Counted from the stretch's first letter, positions 10,011-21,129 are shown. The stretch: 64,000 nt of DNA from Candidatus Marinacidobacterium sp. (GCA_965262645.1 CBDHFO010000010.1:418-64417), one strand, 5' to 3'. The notes: generated by a model from the sequence alone, not told the origin. Numbers and translations: made by a program.

Positions 10011-10619
10011 TGGGGGCAGCTCCTTGCCAGGAATGAGTCTCTCGCCCTCCACCCGGAGGGAGAGGTGCGCCAACGGAGGGAGGCGGCGGTCTCCGCCGCT
10101 CCCCATGTCCGACCAAGATTCGGCGCATTTCACGCTCCTCGGCAAGATCGGCCCCGCGAGCCGAGCCGGCCCACCCACCCGATGGCGCGGTGCAGCAAGG
10201 GCGGAACGGTGGCGCCGTTCACGGGCTGGAGGTCACCGGCAGTGGCCTTCAAACCATCCGCGCGGCCGCCATCCGCGGGTCTCGGGCCGCCTTCCCGAGC
10301 AGGGATCGCTGGTCTGGGAGCGACCCGAGAGGGCGGGGCCGGGGGTGCGCAAACGCGCCCGGCCCCGAACCCGTAGCAGGCCCTCGGACTGCCGGGTCGC
10401 TCCCAGCCCCGTCCGACTGAGCCCCGCGGCCCCGGCCGCCTTGGGACAGCGAGGTGCAAAGCCTTCGCGCACAGCAGCTTCCGCCGCCCCGCCGGTGCGC
10501 ACGTCCGGGGCGCCAGGGTGCGCATCGGTACCCCTTGTCGATTTCGCGGGCGTATACGGCCATGACCCACGGCGCCAGAGGTGCGCAAATCATTGGTGGA
10601 GGACTCCCGCGAGGCGAAC

Positions 10620-10854
10620 CGTCCGCCATGTGTCGGCGCGTTGCATCAGCTCCGGCTGGTCGGCGAGCCCGGAGCGCCCTCTCTCGATGACGACCAGGTG
10701 GGCGACGACCTCGACCGCCTCGGCAGCCGCCTTGTGGCCGCCGGCGCACCAGATCCGACAGCGTCAAGCCCGCCGAGCGCGCCTTGGCGTGCCACTCGGC
10801 ACGCTCCGCGTCGCTCACGCGGACCTTCACCCACACGGCGCGTCCAGGGCTCAT
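10620..10854 (-). pseudogene. mobC: mobC (RHH relaxosome accessory) remnant with internal deletion
   Basis: VWVKVRVSDAERAEWHAKARSAGLTLSDLVRR, then in another frame AAEAVEVVAHLVVIER; next to an oriT. Confidence 0.75.
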
Positions 10855-10869
10855 GACGCGCCGTTGGCG

Positions 10870-11270
10870 AAGTAGGGGTCTGAGGGGGCACAGCCCCCCG
10901 CCAGCCTCCGCAGGGGACGCACGGAGTGTGGCCCCAAGGAGTATGCTGGCTCTACCGCCTTAGGGTGCCAGAGCCAGCCCTGCGGACGGCCTCCGGCACG
11001 CCTCTCCGGGGACCGGCCCGGACAGCAGCCTCCGGGCCGTCGCGGGCAAGTTCCCCGGCCTCTTGGTCGCCAGCCTCACAGACGGCGAGGGCGACGGTTG
11101 CCCCGTCACTCCTCGGCGACGGCGGCGCTCTCTCCCGCGCCGCCGCGGTTCCGCCCCTACCCGTACCCCTCGGAGACCCAAGATCGTCGATCCTGGGCGA
11201 TCATTCGGCCCGTAGGTTACCCGAATAGCCCCCAGCACGCCCGAAAACGGCCTCTGAGCCCGTCACGCCC
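10870..11270 (+). other. oriT module of element B
   Basis: CGGAGTGTG...GTATGCTGG^CTCTA resembles ColE1 GGAGTGTATACTGG^CTTA; IR GCTGGCTCT...AGAGCCAGC; tail includes AGATCGTCGATCCTGGGCGATC (11181-11202). Confidence 0.72.
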
Positions 11271-11570
11271 GGTGGGACGGCATCGAGGCGACCACCACCC
11301 TGCGAGTGTGGTCGTCCCAGAAGTAGTAGATGCGTCAGGCACCGCCTCGGGTCCCGGGTGTTCGTGCCGTTCTTGATGTGCCAGTCCACCGTGTGACGGC
11401 GGCCGTTCCAAGTGCAATCGAAGGAGTCGCCTCCACACGGGAGATTGGAGACGCCCTCGCCAATGTCGCCGATCCGCCCGTGGAGATCGGAAACCCCACC
11501 CCGCAAGCGTCCATCCCGGTACTCGCGTCCTAGCCAACTCAGGCACCTAGCCAACTCAGGCACCGCGCCG
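11270..11570 (-). pseudogene. Fragment of the same C-terminal domain family as 8313-10010
   Basis: LSWLGREYR...WHIKNGTNTRDPRRCL, frameshift, IYYFWD...VVVASMPSH. Confidence 0.6.
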
Positions 11571-11839
11571 CCAAGCCCACGATCTGAAACTCGGCGCTGT
11601 TCAGCTCTCGCCGCGCCGATCCCGTAAGCGAGATCCGGCCCGCGAGATTCTGGTCGCACCACGGAGCACCCCGAGCTTGACGGCGCCGGACGGCATGGAC
11701 CCGAAGCCGCAAGACGCTGCCTCGTCAGCGGTTGGATGTCGAGCGACATGTGAATCGCTGGAGCGCTAAGGCGTGAATCGGACCCCCAGTTTGTTTCACA
11801 ACGCAGTACGGGCGTGACGCGGCGCCTTCATGGCATCCT

Positions 11840-12200
11840 GGAGGCTCGACCTCCCGGCCCGCCACTGTCACCCGGCGCTGGTCGTAGCGGACGCGGACCT
11901 CGCCGAGCGCGACGCCCTCGGACTGGGCCTGATGCCGGAGCGCCGCGCGGACCCTCGCCACAAGCTCGGTCGGCGAGACCGGCTTGACCATGTAGTCGGC
12001 CGCACCAAGCTCCCGTAGGTCAGCCGTCGGCCAGTTGGCCGCATCGAGCGCCTGGCCGTCGGCCGCCGGGAGCGTGAAGGTGAAGCGCGCCGAGGCCCGG
12101 CCTTCAGCTCTCGGCGCGAATGCGGCCGTCGAGCAACTGGACGAGTCCCTTCAAGATCGCCAGGCCAAGCCCCGCGCGCCACCCACCCCTCGGGTCGGCG
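11840..12200 (-). pseudogene. Histidine kinase C-terminal and response-regulator fragments
   Basis: GLGLAILKGLVQLLDGRI...RFTFTLP and GAADYMVKPVSPTELVARVRAALR. Confidence 0.65.
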
Positions 12201-12336
12201 CGCTCGCGGAAAAAGGTGCGGGCGCTGGTCGGGGGTGTTGGGGGCGGAGGAGGGACCGAACCACTTCTGACCGGTGTATCTTGGTGTTAGCTGTGGAACG
12301 TCCAGCGGACACGGCCCACTCACAAGGAGGAGAGCA

Positions 12337-12834
12337 ATGAAGAGGCTTATCATCTTCACCATGCTGTTGGCGGCGTGCGAGCCCGCGACCGTCTCAGACG
12401 CAGTGCCGAATGTGGACCCCGAAGCCGAAGCGACGGCAATGGCGATCGAACATGCAATCGCGATCCGCAACCTTCGGGCCGAAGCCCCGCTCGTGGCCGT
12501 GGTTACCACCGATCCATCCCTGACGAACGCTCTGAAGCGCCGTGGGCTGGTGGTGCGAACCGAGTCCGCCGAGACGTGCGAGCCCGGCGAAGTCGTCGAG
12601 ATGGATGACGGTCCCGTCCAGCTATCGCGGTGCATCATGATCGAGGGCCTGATAGAGCTTTCCGCATCGGTCGAGGCCCGCGGCGATGACGGCTGGTGGG
12701 TCAAGGTGGTCGAGCGGACTTCCGTCGGCGGTGTGGACAGTTATTCACACTGGAGCACCTACGCCCTTCTCGTTGAACGGCGCGATGGCGAGTTTGACGC
12801 GACGCTTGATCCGAACTGGGGCACCGAGACGTGA
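12337..12834 (+). CDS. Hypothetical lipoprotein
   Basis: AAGGAGG RBS; MKRLIIFTMLLAA-C lipobox. Confidence 0.8.
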   Translation: MKRLIIFTMLLAACEPATVSDAVPNVDPEAEATAMAIEHAIAIRNLRAEAPLVAVVTTDPSLTNALKRRGLVVRTESAETCEPGEVVEMDDGPVQLSRCIMIEGLIELSASVEARGDDGWWVKVVERTSVGGVDSYSHWSTYALLVERRDGEFDATLDPNWGTET

Positions 12835-13313
12835 GGGCCGCAATGGTGATCTTTGCGTTGCTGGGGGTTCCCTTCAGCGCGCCGGCGCCGGTGCCCGTAC
12901 CCCAGGACGTGTGTAGCGGATTCCGGGAGGTGACCCTGAGCTCCTGCGCATCCATGAGCCACGACAGATGGCTGGTCTACACGGCGTACTGGCGAATGGG
13001 TAGCAGCTACTGCAGAACTGAGAAATCGAAGTTCGACGACGCCTGGTCAAACGACCGATGGGTGATCTTTGGGGACGGGACGAAGTGGGATCCGGAAACC
13101 GGGCGCGTCAAGAGGATCGGGGGGTTCCACGAGCGGAGCAGTCACAGATCGGGGGTGACCAAGTTCACCTCGGACGACAAACAGATGCAACTCGCCATCC
13201 ACGAATCGCTCCATCACAGGTACAGGGCGTGGAACGAATTCCGGGTGAAGCGCGAGATCAAGAAGCTGATGGACCGGCTCTGCATCCCCCGGGGCCAGGT
13301 CATCAGTTTCTGA
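12831..13313 (+). CDS. Secreted protein with HExxH zinc-metallopeptidase-like motif
   Basis: Signal peptide; AIHESLHH; 4-bp overlap with the upstream gene. Confidence 0.65.
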   Translation: MRAAMVIFALLGVPFSAPAPVPVPQDVCSGFREVTLSSCASMSHDRWLVYTAYWRMGSSYCRTEKSKFDDAWSNDRWVIFGDGTKWDPETGRVKRIGGFHERSSHRSGVTKFTSDDKQMQLAIHESLHHRYRAWNEFRVKREIKKLMDRLCIPRGQVISF

Positions 13314-13761
13314 GCTTCGGTTGCTCGCGCGGGGCAGGCTTTCCGGCCCCCGGCGGATGGAAAGCCGCCGGGGGTCGTGCTTCAGGGGGGGATGGTTGCT
13401 GGTTGGCTGTCAGGCAACCGGGTCCCCTTCGTCCGTCGGCACCACCCAGCGCCAGCTTGCCTCGGGATCGCGCGTGACCTCGTTCTTCTCCTCGAGGCGC
13501 GCCAGGAGCGCCGACACCGAGGTGGCGAAGTTTCTGCGAGTCGGTTTGGACGCCGCCGGCGATCAGGGCTTCGGCGATGTCCCTGGGCCAGTGATGGCCC
13601 CGGGTTGTCCTTCAGGAACATCAGGAGCGCCTCACGGTGGTTCATGCCCTCGTACTGCCGGTCATCGGCCGCTTGGGAGGCCTCAGCGGCCGCAGGAGCC
13701 ACGTCGATGACAACGGTGGTCCGCCGGGAGGCTTATCTCCCGGGCGGACGGGCCGGAACCC

Positions 13762-13965
13762 TCAGTTCACCCCAGGGCGGCAAGTAGCAGATGTACTCGT
13801 ACTCATCCCGTCGCACACCACGTCGAGGAAGCAGAACCATCCGTCCCCCTGGATGCGTTCGCCATATGTGCAGTCGGATCCCCTGCAGGCCGCCGACGCC
13901 GGCGTGGTTGTCCCGCCAAGCATGACGACGAGCAGGGCGATCGCTACGGTGAGCAACTTCTTCAT
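13762..13965 (-). CDS. Small secreted Cys-rich peptide
   Basis: AGGAGG RBS; MKKLLTVAIALLVV...ASA signal; mature part Cx4C...WxCFx4CDx9C. Confidence 0.75.
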   Translation of the reverse strand: MKKLLTVAIALLVVMLGGTTTPASAACRGSDCTYGERIQGDGWFCFLDVVCDGMSTSTSATCRPGVN

Positions 13966-14419
13966 GATGTCCTCCTGTGAGTGTTGGCCCGCCCGCCGGG
14001 CGCTCCCGTGACTAGAAGATCGGGAGGAACAGGTCCGCCGGGTGGTTGAGTGTCCCGAACGGACGCGCCAAGAATCGGGTTGGGGGCCACGGGCCACTCC
14101 CGGGATACTGACCACGGCGGTTAGTCGTGCGGTGGCTCCGGTGGGTGGGGAACGGCTCCTTGGAGATCCGCGGCTGACCATCCAGTCCGGGCCACAGCTA
14201 CAGGATGCGGTCCCACGCCGAGCTCTCCAAGGCGATCCATGCGACCGCCGCCCGATCTGACGCTGGACGCGCGGCGCGACGATTCATCGCCGGGCCGCAG
14301 AACCTGGACAGCTCGTTTTAGCGCATCCCTGACCGGGTATGGGGTCGGCGGCGGAACGGGCGTACTGGGCTCGGCCTAGTCCTTGGAGGAGCTACCCGGG
14401 CGGCCTCTAACGGCATCGA

Positions 14420-14581
14420 CCTGATCGGTCCGTATTCCCGCCGTTTAGTCCTGCATTCCGGCTATTTCAGGACGGCGAAATCAGATAATTCTCCAACGGC
14501 AAGTGCGGCAGATCGTGCAGCCCTGATTGAACTTACGTGATTTCTTGCCGTGATTTGGGCCTTTAGTGTTCCGCCTACCCC
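14420..14581. promoter_or_regulatory. Right end (attR) of element B
   Basis: Arm-like GCGGGAA/GCCGGAA repeats, CTGCACGATCTG box and core GCCTACCCC. Inverted homologue at 32920-33075. Confidence 0.65.
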
Positions 14582-14890
14582 GTGTATAACACAGGGGCTG
14601 CCGAGGGGCGGCCCTGCCCCCCTTCGATCCCCCCGAGAATCGCGCTCCCGCGGACTGCGCGGGAAGCGTACTCGCCGCCCTTCCATCTTTGCGGCGCGGC
14701 CTGTTGCCCAGCGCCGCAACGTCAAGGTCACTGCGCGCGTCACATGGGCCGAGCTCTCCGACTGGCGGACCATGGCCGCCAGCCGACGGCGTTCCGCTCT
14801 CGGCGCTGATACGCCGGGCCATGGCGCGCACGAGGACCTGGACTGCCCCCGGCGGACGAGGTTGAGCCCCGAGCGCGACCGGCAATCATT
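14582..14890 (+). pseudogene. mobC: Right half of the split oriT plus frameshifted mobC
   Basis: GTGTATAACACAGGGGCTGCCGAGGGG...CCCCCCTTCGATCCCCC parallels 1148-1202; then RNVKVTARVTWAELSDWR, frameshift, GVPLSALIRRAMARTRTWTAP. Confidence 0.7.
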
Positions 14891-15152
14891 CCTATCTGGG
14901 CGGCTTCCGGTACCTTTCCTCGATCGCCAACGCGCAGACCTGAGGCCCGCCAGAAGGGGAGCGCCAAGAAGGTGATGCGCGATCCGCCGCGCTCATCGCC
15001 TAAGCACTTGGTCCAGTTGTTGCCTCCACCAGGACCGGCAGCCTGCGCGGAAAGTACAGGCGGCGGCTTCTCAGCCGCCCGGTAGTTCCGATGGCTACGA
15101 TGCCTGACTGACGTTTCGCGTGGACCGAGGTTGCGACTGCCGAAGCAGCCAA

Positions 15153-16427
15153 TCAGCGGTTCGGACAACGCGCGTGCCTGGGGTAGAACCAGCACCGGGC
15201 ACCCGCGCTAACCAGCATGTCTCCGATGGCAGACAACGTCGACACCCATTCCTGACGGCCCTCACGCTCCGGCGGCTGATTGCGCCAAAGGTCATAGGTG
15301 CTCAACACCTCCTGTAGGACCGAGCCCAGGGCCATCCTTGCGTTAACATCCGCGCCCGCTTCGATCAGCATGCGCGCGAGCGGAATCGCATTAGCTGGAT
15401 CCGAAGCAGGCCTATCCCCGTAGGGGGGGGAATGGACGGTTGCCGACAAGACCGGCACACCGAGTGGCGCATAGCTTACGTCCGCTCCAGCGCCAATCAG
15501 GATCTCGGCCATACGAATGTCGTCCTCGATCACCGCCGCTCTGAGAGGTGACCGGCCATCCCTTCGATCGGTTGTTGCGTTTACATCCGCGCCAGCCTCG
15601 ATCAGCAGCTCCACTATCTCCACATTTGATGCTTCCACCGCATGAAGGAGCGGCGTGGCCCGATGTTCATACGAGTCGCCGTCGGACACAGTCGTGGTTA
15701 CTCGATCACGGGCATTCACGTCCGCACCAGCCTCGATCAGGATCTCCGCTACCTCCGTATGCCCTCGGCCAGCCGCCCAGTGAAGCGCCACATAGCCACC
15801 ATAGCCACTCGGGGCGGGAGCATTCACATCCGCGCCTGCCGCGATCAGGGTCTCGACTAGTTCCGTACTCCCAGCCTCAGCGGCCCAGTGCAACGCGACA
15901 ATTCCGCTCTCGTTTGGCGCGTTCACGTCAGACCCCGTCTCCAAGCAAATCTTCACAACTTCAATGTCGGCGGACACGACAAGACCGGGCCATCCCCCGT
16001 CACACCCCGCTTCCCGACGCGATTCCGCATCCGCTGCCATCCGTTCGACTCGATTGAGAATCTGGAGGGCCGCTGTATAGTGCTCGCCCTCCCGACCCGT
16101 GACTTCCAAATAGCGTACGGCCGAAGTCTCCGCTCTGGCATGAAGTCCGGCTCCCAACGCCGCTTGGGCGTCCCGGAACCAGAAAGTGTGCGGAATCTCC
16201 AAATTGGATTCCTCGCCCAGGGTACGAACTGATTCCAACGCTGCAATGGCCGCGTGGTAGTCGCCACTGGCGATGTGCTCTTCGGCTTGGAGCAGGTACC
16301 GGTCCATCTGGATGGCAGGCGGCAGGTCTTGAGCGAAGGCCGGGGCCGGATCGTTGACCACCGCGAGGAGCCCGACCAGAATCAAGAAGGGAACCGAGGG
16401 TGCGCGTGCGAAGCTCGTCGTCATCAT
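15153..16427 (-). CDS. Secreted ankyrin-repeat protein with N-terminal TPR-like helices
   Basis: Signal peptide AFA-Q; about six repeats of type ALHWAA...LIxAGADVNA. Confidence 0.9.
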   Translation of the reverse strand: MMTTSFARAPSVPFLILVGLLAVVNDPAPAFAQDLPPAIQMDRYLLQAEEHIASGDYHAAIAALESVRTLGEESNLEIPHTFWFRDAQAALGAGLHARAETSAVRYLEVTGREGEHYTAALQILNRVERMAADAESRREAGCDGGWPGLVVSADIEVVKICLETGSDVNAPNESGIVALHWAAEAGSTELVETLIAAGADVNAPAPSGYGGYVALHWAAGRGHTEVAEILIEAGADVNARDRVTTTVSDGDSYEHRATPLLHAVEASNVEIVELLIEAGADVNATTDRRDGRSPLRAAVIEDDIRMAEILIGAGADVSYAPLGVPVLSATVHSPPYGDRPASDPANAIPLARMLIEAGADVNARMALGSVLQEVLSTYDLWRNQPPEREGRQEWVSTLSAIGDMLVSAGARCWFYPRHARCPNR

Positions 16428-16608
16428 TGGAGTACCGTTCCTTGAGATTGGGCAGCCACGACCGCTGACCGGGCAACATATCAACCTGCCTTATTCAGGG
16501 ACATGACCACTGGCAAGAGTCTAACAGGGTCGGCAAGCGTTCGGAAACTTCAGACCGTGCTACATGCGAAAGCGAAGGAAGAACCCGGACGGCGATTTCA
16601 CGCCCTAG

Positions 16609-18210
16609 GAGCTTGCGCCCCAGAAAACCGCAGCGGCTATCTTTTGAGGTAGCGAAGGCATTATGAAGAGTCTGCGGCCTGCCGAGGGGGGTCAATGGGA
16701 ACGACGTTCCGACCGTACCAGCCGGATCAGATGCTGCTGCTCCCGCAGGATCTTCGGGAGTGGGTTGGGGAAGGGCACCTGGCGCACCATGTGAGCGACC
16801 TGGTGGACGCGCTGGATCTGAGTCCGTTCTACACGCCGTACGAGGGGGACGGGCGGCGCAACTCGCCGTACGATCCGCGGATGATGGTGAAGGTGCTGGT
16901 CTACGGGTACGCGACGGGCACCTTTTCGTCGCGGAAGCTGGCGAGGAAGCTGGAGGAGGACATCGCGTTTCGGATGCTGGCGGCCGGCAACTTTCCGCAG
17001 CACCGGACGCTGTGCGAGTTTCGGCGCCGCCATCTCGAGGATTTCGGGGCGGTGTTCGCGGAGGTGGTTCGCCTGGCGCGGACGATGGGCCTGGCGGGGC
17101 TTGGCAGGGTCTCGGTGGACGGGACGAAGGTCCGGGCCAACGCGAGCAAGCGCAAGGCGATGAGCTACGGGCGGATGGCCAGGGAGGAGCGCCGGCTGCA
17201 AGCGGAGATTGCGGGGCTGCTGGAGGAGGCGGAGGCGGTCGACGCAGCGGAGGACGCCCAGTACGGGGAAGACGTTCGGGGCGACGAGTTGCCGGAGGAG
17301 CTCAAGCGGCGCGAGGACCGGCTGGCGGCGATCCGGGAGGCGAAGGCCCGCCTGGAGGCCGAGCAGAGGGCGAGGGACGACGCGCGGGGCCGCAAGCCGG
17401 GACAGAAGCGCAACCCGAAGGGGGGCAGGCCCTACAAGCGGGAGTACGGCGAGCCGGACGAGACGGCGCAGAGCAACTTCACCGATCCGGAGAGCCGGAT
17501 CATGAAGACGAGTTCGGAGGGGTTCCAGCAGAGCTACAACGCGCAGATGGCGGTAGAGGGGGAGAACCAGCTGGTGGTGGGGACAGCGGTGACGGACAAC
17601 GCGAGCGACCAGGGCCAGCTGGTCCCGATGGTCGACGCGGTGGCGGAGACGTGCGGTGAGACGCCGGCGCAGGTGCTGGCGGACGCGGGCTATTGCAACG
17701 AACCGGACCTGCAGGCGCTGAAGGAGCGGGACATCGACGGGTATGTGGCTCTGGGCCGGGAGGGCGGGACCGCCCCGGCCGTTGATGCGGACGAGCACCC
17801 GGCGAAGGTGCGCATGGCCGAGAAGCTGGAGAGCGAGGAGGGCCGGAGGCGGTACGCGCGCCGAAAGTGGATGGCGGAGGCGCCTGTCGGCTGGATCAAG
17901 GAGGTGATGGGCTTTCGACGATTCAGCTTCCGGGGCCTCGAAAAGGTGCAGGCCGAGTGGACCCTCGTGTGCCTCGCCCTCAACGTCAAGCGGATGCACA
18001 CCCTTCAGGCCGCATGAGCCGACAATCGTTGCCCCGCAACTGCGGCCCCCGGGCCTCCCACCGGCCTCCTGGACCCCGATTTGGCGCTACGCTGCCTTCC
18101 CGGCCCGTCAGCGGCCCCGGATCCCTACCTCTCTCTCCCCGAATCTCTCTGGCCCGCAGCGGCCCTCCCGTCTTCCCGTCACGCCCGTTGCGCTTCCAAG
18201 GCGCAGACTC
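16609..18210 (+). mobile_element. IS1182-family element; transposase 16695-18017
   Basis: Ends GAGCTTGCGC / GCGCAGACTC, CTAG on both sides; PYDPRMMVKVLVYGY...SSRK, VDGTK, TDPES, ADAGY motifs. Confidence 0.9.
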
Positions 18211-18214
18211 CTAG

Positions 18215-19718
18215 CAGGCCGTGGAAGAAGTGGCCCGCCGGGGAGCCGGTTGCAAGAGCGACAAGGACCGCGTGAGCGAGGTGTTCTTGTGCAAGAGGTG
18301 GCCTGAGAGGCGTAGGCAGCCGCGGTTTGGGCCCAGGAGGCCGAGGATGCGCCCGATTTGGCCAAGAAAGGCCGAGAAGTTGCGTGCGGAGGCGTCCGCG
18401 AGAGCTGCGGACGCTGCCGCGAGGCCCTGCAGGCCACGCGGGGTGCCGAAGCCGAAGAGGCTGCGCATCACCAGCGAAAGGTTGAAGGCGGCGGCGTGAA
18501 CGAGCATCCGTTTTCGGATCTCATTGTGCCCGCGTACGTGGACGCGGCGCAGCCCTCCGCTGCCGAGCAGGTGCGCGAACGTCCGCTCCAACTTCTCCCC
18601 GCGCTCGCGCAGCAGCCGCTTCCCGCGCTCGCCCCGGATGCGGCGGCGGTTGCCGTACGTCGCCTTCTGCGCGTCCCCTTGCCCTTCCACTTCCGGCGGC
18701 CCCGGTTCGGCTCGCTCACATAGCTCCGCAGTCCCCGCTCCGACACGCCCGTCATGGTTGCGTTCGAGTGGTAGCCCTTGTCGCCCACCAGTTCCTTCGG
18801 CCCCGCTCCCACCTCGGCCAGCTGGTGCTCGGTCTCGTCGAGCGTCACCGGCAGCGACGCGGTGTCGCCGCCGTCCATCGTCTGCACCGTCACCCCGGCC
18901 ACCGCGCCGCTCTCCATGTCCACCCCCACCTCCAGCTTGTGCGCGAGGCGGGTGCGACCGTCCTTCATCTTCGTGATCCGAGCCTCCGGGTCGTGCGGAT
19001 GCTTCCAGTCCTTGTTCGACCCCTTCTTCGGGCGCTTGCGGTCCAGCCTGGCCAGATCGTCGCGCGTCGGCGTCTCAATCCCCAACGCCTCCGCCAGCTT
19101 TTCGAGCCACGCGTCGTACTCCGTCCCGTCGTCACGCCTCACGATCGCGCGCATCGCCGCGTTCGCCTCCAGCGTCGTCGAATCCACCCCCACGGTCTTG
19201 CCTTTCAGCAGCCCCGACTCCTGCAGCCGCTCCAGCACCCAGCCGAACACGGCCCCGTGGGCCTCCAGGCTCAGCCGCTTGCGCGTCTTCGACAGCGTGG
19301 AATGCTCCGGCGGCGTCTTCGCCAGACCGTAGCCCAGAAACTCCCGCAGCGAGATCGAGTCCCTGCACCGCCACGCGATACCCCGCTCCGAGCCGATCCC
19401 CTCCAGGTATCCCACCATCAGCATCCGGAAGTACACGCCCGGTGCAAGGCCCGGCCGGCCCATCCGCGCCGCGTAGAACTCCCGGCACGTCTCCTCCGCG
19501 AACTCGTCGAAGCCACTCTTGCGCAGCAGCTTGTCCAGAGCCGCGTAGAACGGGTTGTCCAGCGCCCCGACCGCGCTGGCCGCGATGAACAGCTCCTTCT
19601 GCCGATCACTGGGCATCTTGCCTATCGCCATCGCCGTCACCTCTCGCTGAGGTCCTTGTGTCCTCCTAATTTAACTCCTTCCCAAGGACCTCGTGGGGCG
19701 GACTTTATCCACGGACTG
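18215..19718 (-). mobile_element. IS1182/IS5-like element; transposase frameshifted (19640 to ~18211)
   Basis: IRs CAGTCCGTGGATAAAGT / CAGGCCGTGGAAGAAGT; CTAG flanks; GVDSTT, DPEAR, DKGY; C-terminus in another frame near 18690. Confidence 0.85.
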
Positions 19719-19722
19719 CTAG

Positions 19723-21110
19723 TCGATAAGGTATGGCGGGAGGACTTCCTGCTGGCGGCATGGGCGCTGGTCCGGCGCAACGGCGGAGCGGCTGGAGTGG
19801 ATGGTGTGACGGTCGCGGATGTCGTGGTGCATGAAGTGGAGCGCTGGGTCGGGGAACTGTCGCGGGACCTGAGGGAAGGCACCTACAAGCCGAGTCCGGT
19901 GCGACAGGTGCTCATCCCGAAGAAGAAGCCGGGGAAGTTCCGTCCCCCGGGCATCCCATGCCTGAGGGACCGGGTTGCGCAGACGTCGGCGATGCTGGTG
20001 CTGTCGCCGATCTTCGAGGCGGACCTGGAGCCGGAGCAGTACGGATACCGGCCGGGACGAAGCGCCAAGGACGCGGTCAGGCGGATCCACCGCCTGCTGC
20101 ACACGGGCCGCAACGAAGTGATCGACGCGGACCTCTCGAACTACTTCGGCGAGATACCGCACGCTGAGTTGATGAAGAGCATCGCGCGGCGCGTAAGCGA
20201 CGGACGGATGCTTGGACTCATCAAGGCGTGGCTGGAAATGCCGGTGTTAGAGGAGGACGGTAAGGGCGGCACGCGCCGCACGAACCGGGCGCGAAAGGAA
20301 AGGAGGGGGACTCCGCAGGGAGCCCCGATCTCGCCGCTGTTGAGCAACATCTACATGCGGCGGTTCATCCTTGGCTGGAAGGCGCTGGGTCATGCCCGGC
20401 GCTTTGGTGTGGAGATCGTGAACTATGCGGATGACTTCTGTGTGCTCGGGAAGGCCCCGGCGGCGGAGATGCTGGCGGTGGTCAACCGGCTCATGGAACG
20501 ACTAAAGCTACCGGTCAACGCGCGGAAAACCCGATGCCTCCGATGCCCCGAGGAGCCCCTTGAGTTCCTCGGGTATTGCATCGGCTGGAACTATCGACCG
20601 AAGGACGGGAGCCGGTACATCGGCACACGGCCGAGCAGGGCGAGCGTTCAGAGCATCTGCCGCAGGATCAGCGAGCAAACGGACTACGGATATGGATGGC
20701 TGGAAGCTGAGGAAGTCGTAGGACGCCTGAACCGGATGATGTCGGGATGGGCGAACTACTTCAACCTCGGACAGATCGGCCCAGCATACAGGGCTGTGGA
20801 CCGGCATGCGATCGGGCGGCTGCGACGGTGGTTCTGTCGGAAGCACAAGGTGCGATCGGGGGGATACGTGCGTTTTCCCGACCAGCGGCTGTGGAAGCAC
20901 CACGGCCTTACGCGCCTGGGGCTGACGACCATGTACCTTCCGTGGGCGAAGGCGTGATCCCAACTGAGAGCCCGGTGCGGGAAAACCGCACGCCGCGTTC
21001 GACGAGCAGGGGCTGGAAACGGACCTATGGGAGACGAACTATGCACCGACGCGAAAGCGTGCGGAGGATGCCGTGTCCCCTAAGGGCACCGCGCCAGCCC
21101 TTGACTCTAC
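19723..21110 (+). mobile_element. 5'-truncated group II intron; RT/maturase 19723-20957, domains V-VI 20965-21110
   Basis: GIP..RDR, DADL..YF, GTPQG, YADD; DV GAGAGCCCGGTGCGGGAAAACCGCACGCCGCGTTCG; end CTCTAC. No endonuclease domain evident. 5' part lost at the IS boundary. Confidence 0.9.
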
Positions 21111-21129
21111 CGTGATTCCCAACGCTCAT

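Larger units (their letters stand above)
5389..14581. mobile_element. 9.18-kb integrative (formerly mobilizable) element B inserted into an oriT
   Basis: 9-bp direct repeat GCCTACCCC at 5389-5397 and 14573-14581; integrase at the left end; ATTCCCGCCG arm-like motifs inside both ends (~5459, ~14434). Confidence 0.8.

Noticed and set aside
16485-16497. CCTGCCTTATTCA identical to the IR of the 24626-26389 IS1380
   Set aside because: No further IS homology or TSD adjacent; cannot distinguish a relic from chance.
18768-20957. 729-aa ORF suggesting an RT with a novel N-terminal domain
   Set aside because: The N-terminal ~318 aa is the antisense frame of the IS at 18215-19718. RT homology begins after the CTAG at 19719. 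DV/DVI show a group II intron, not a retron or DGR.
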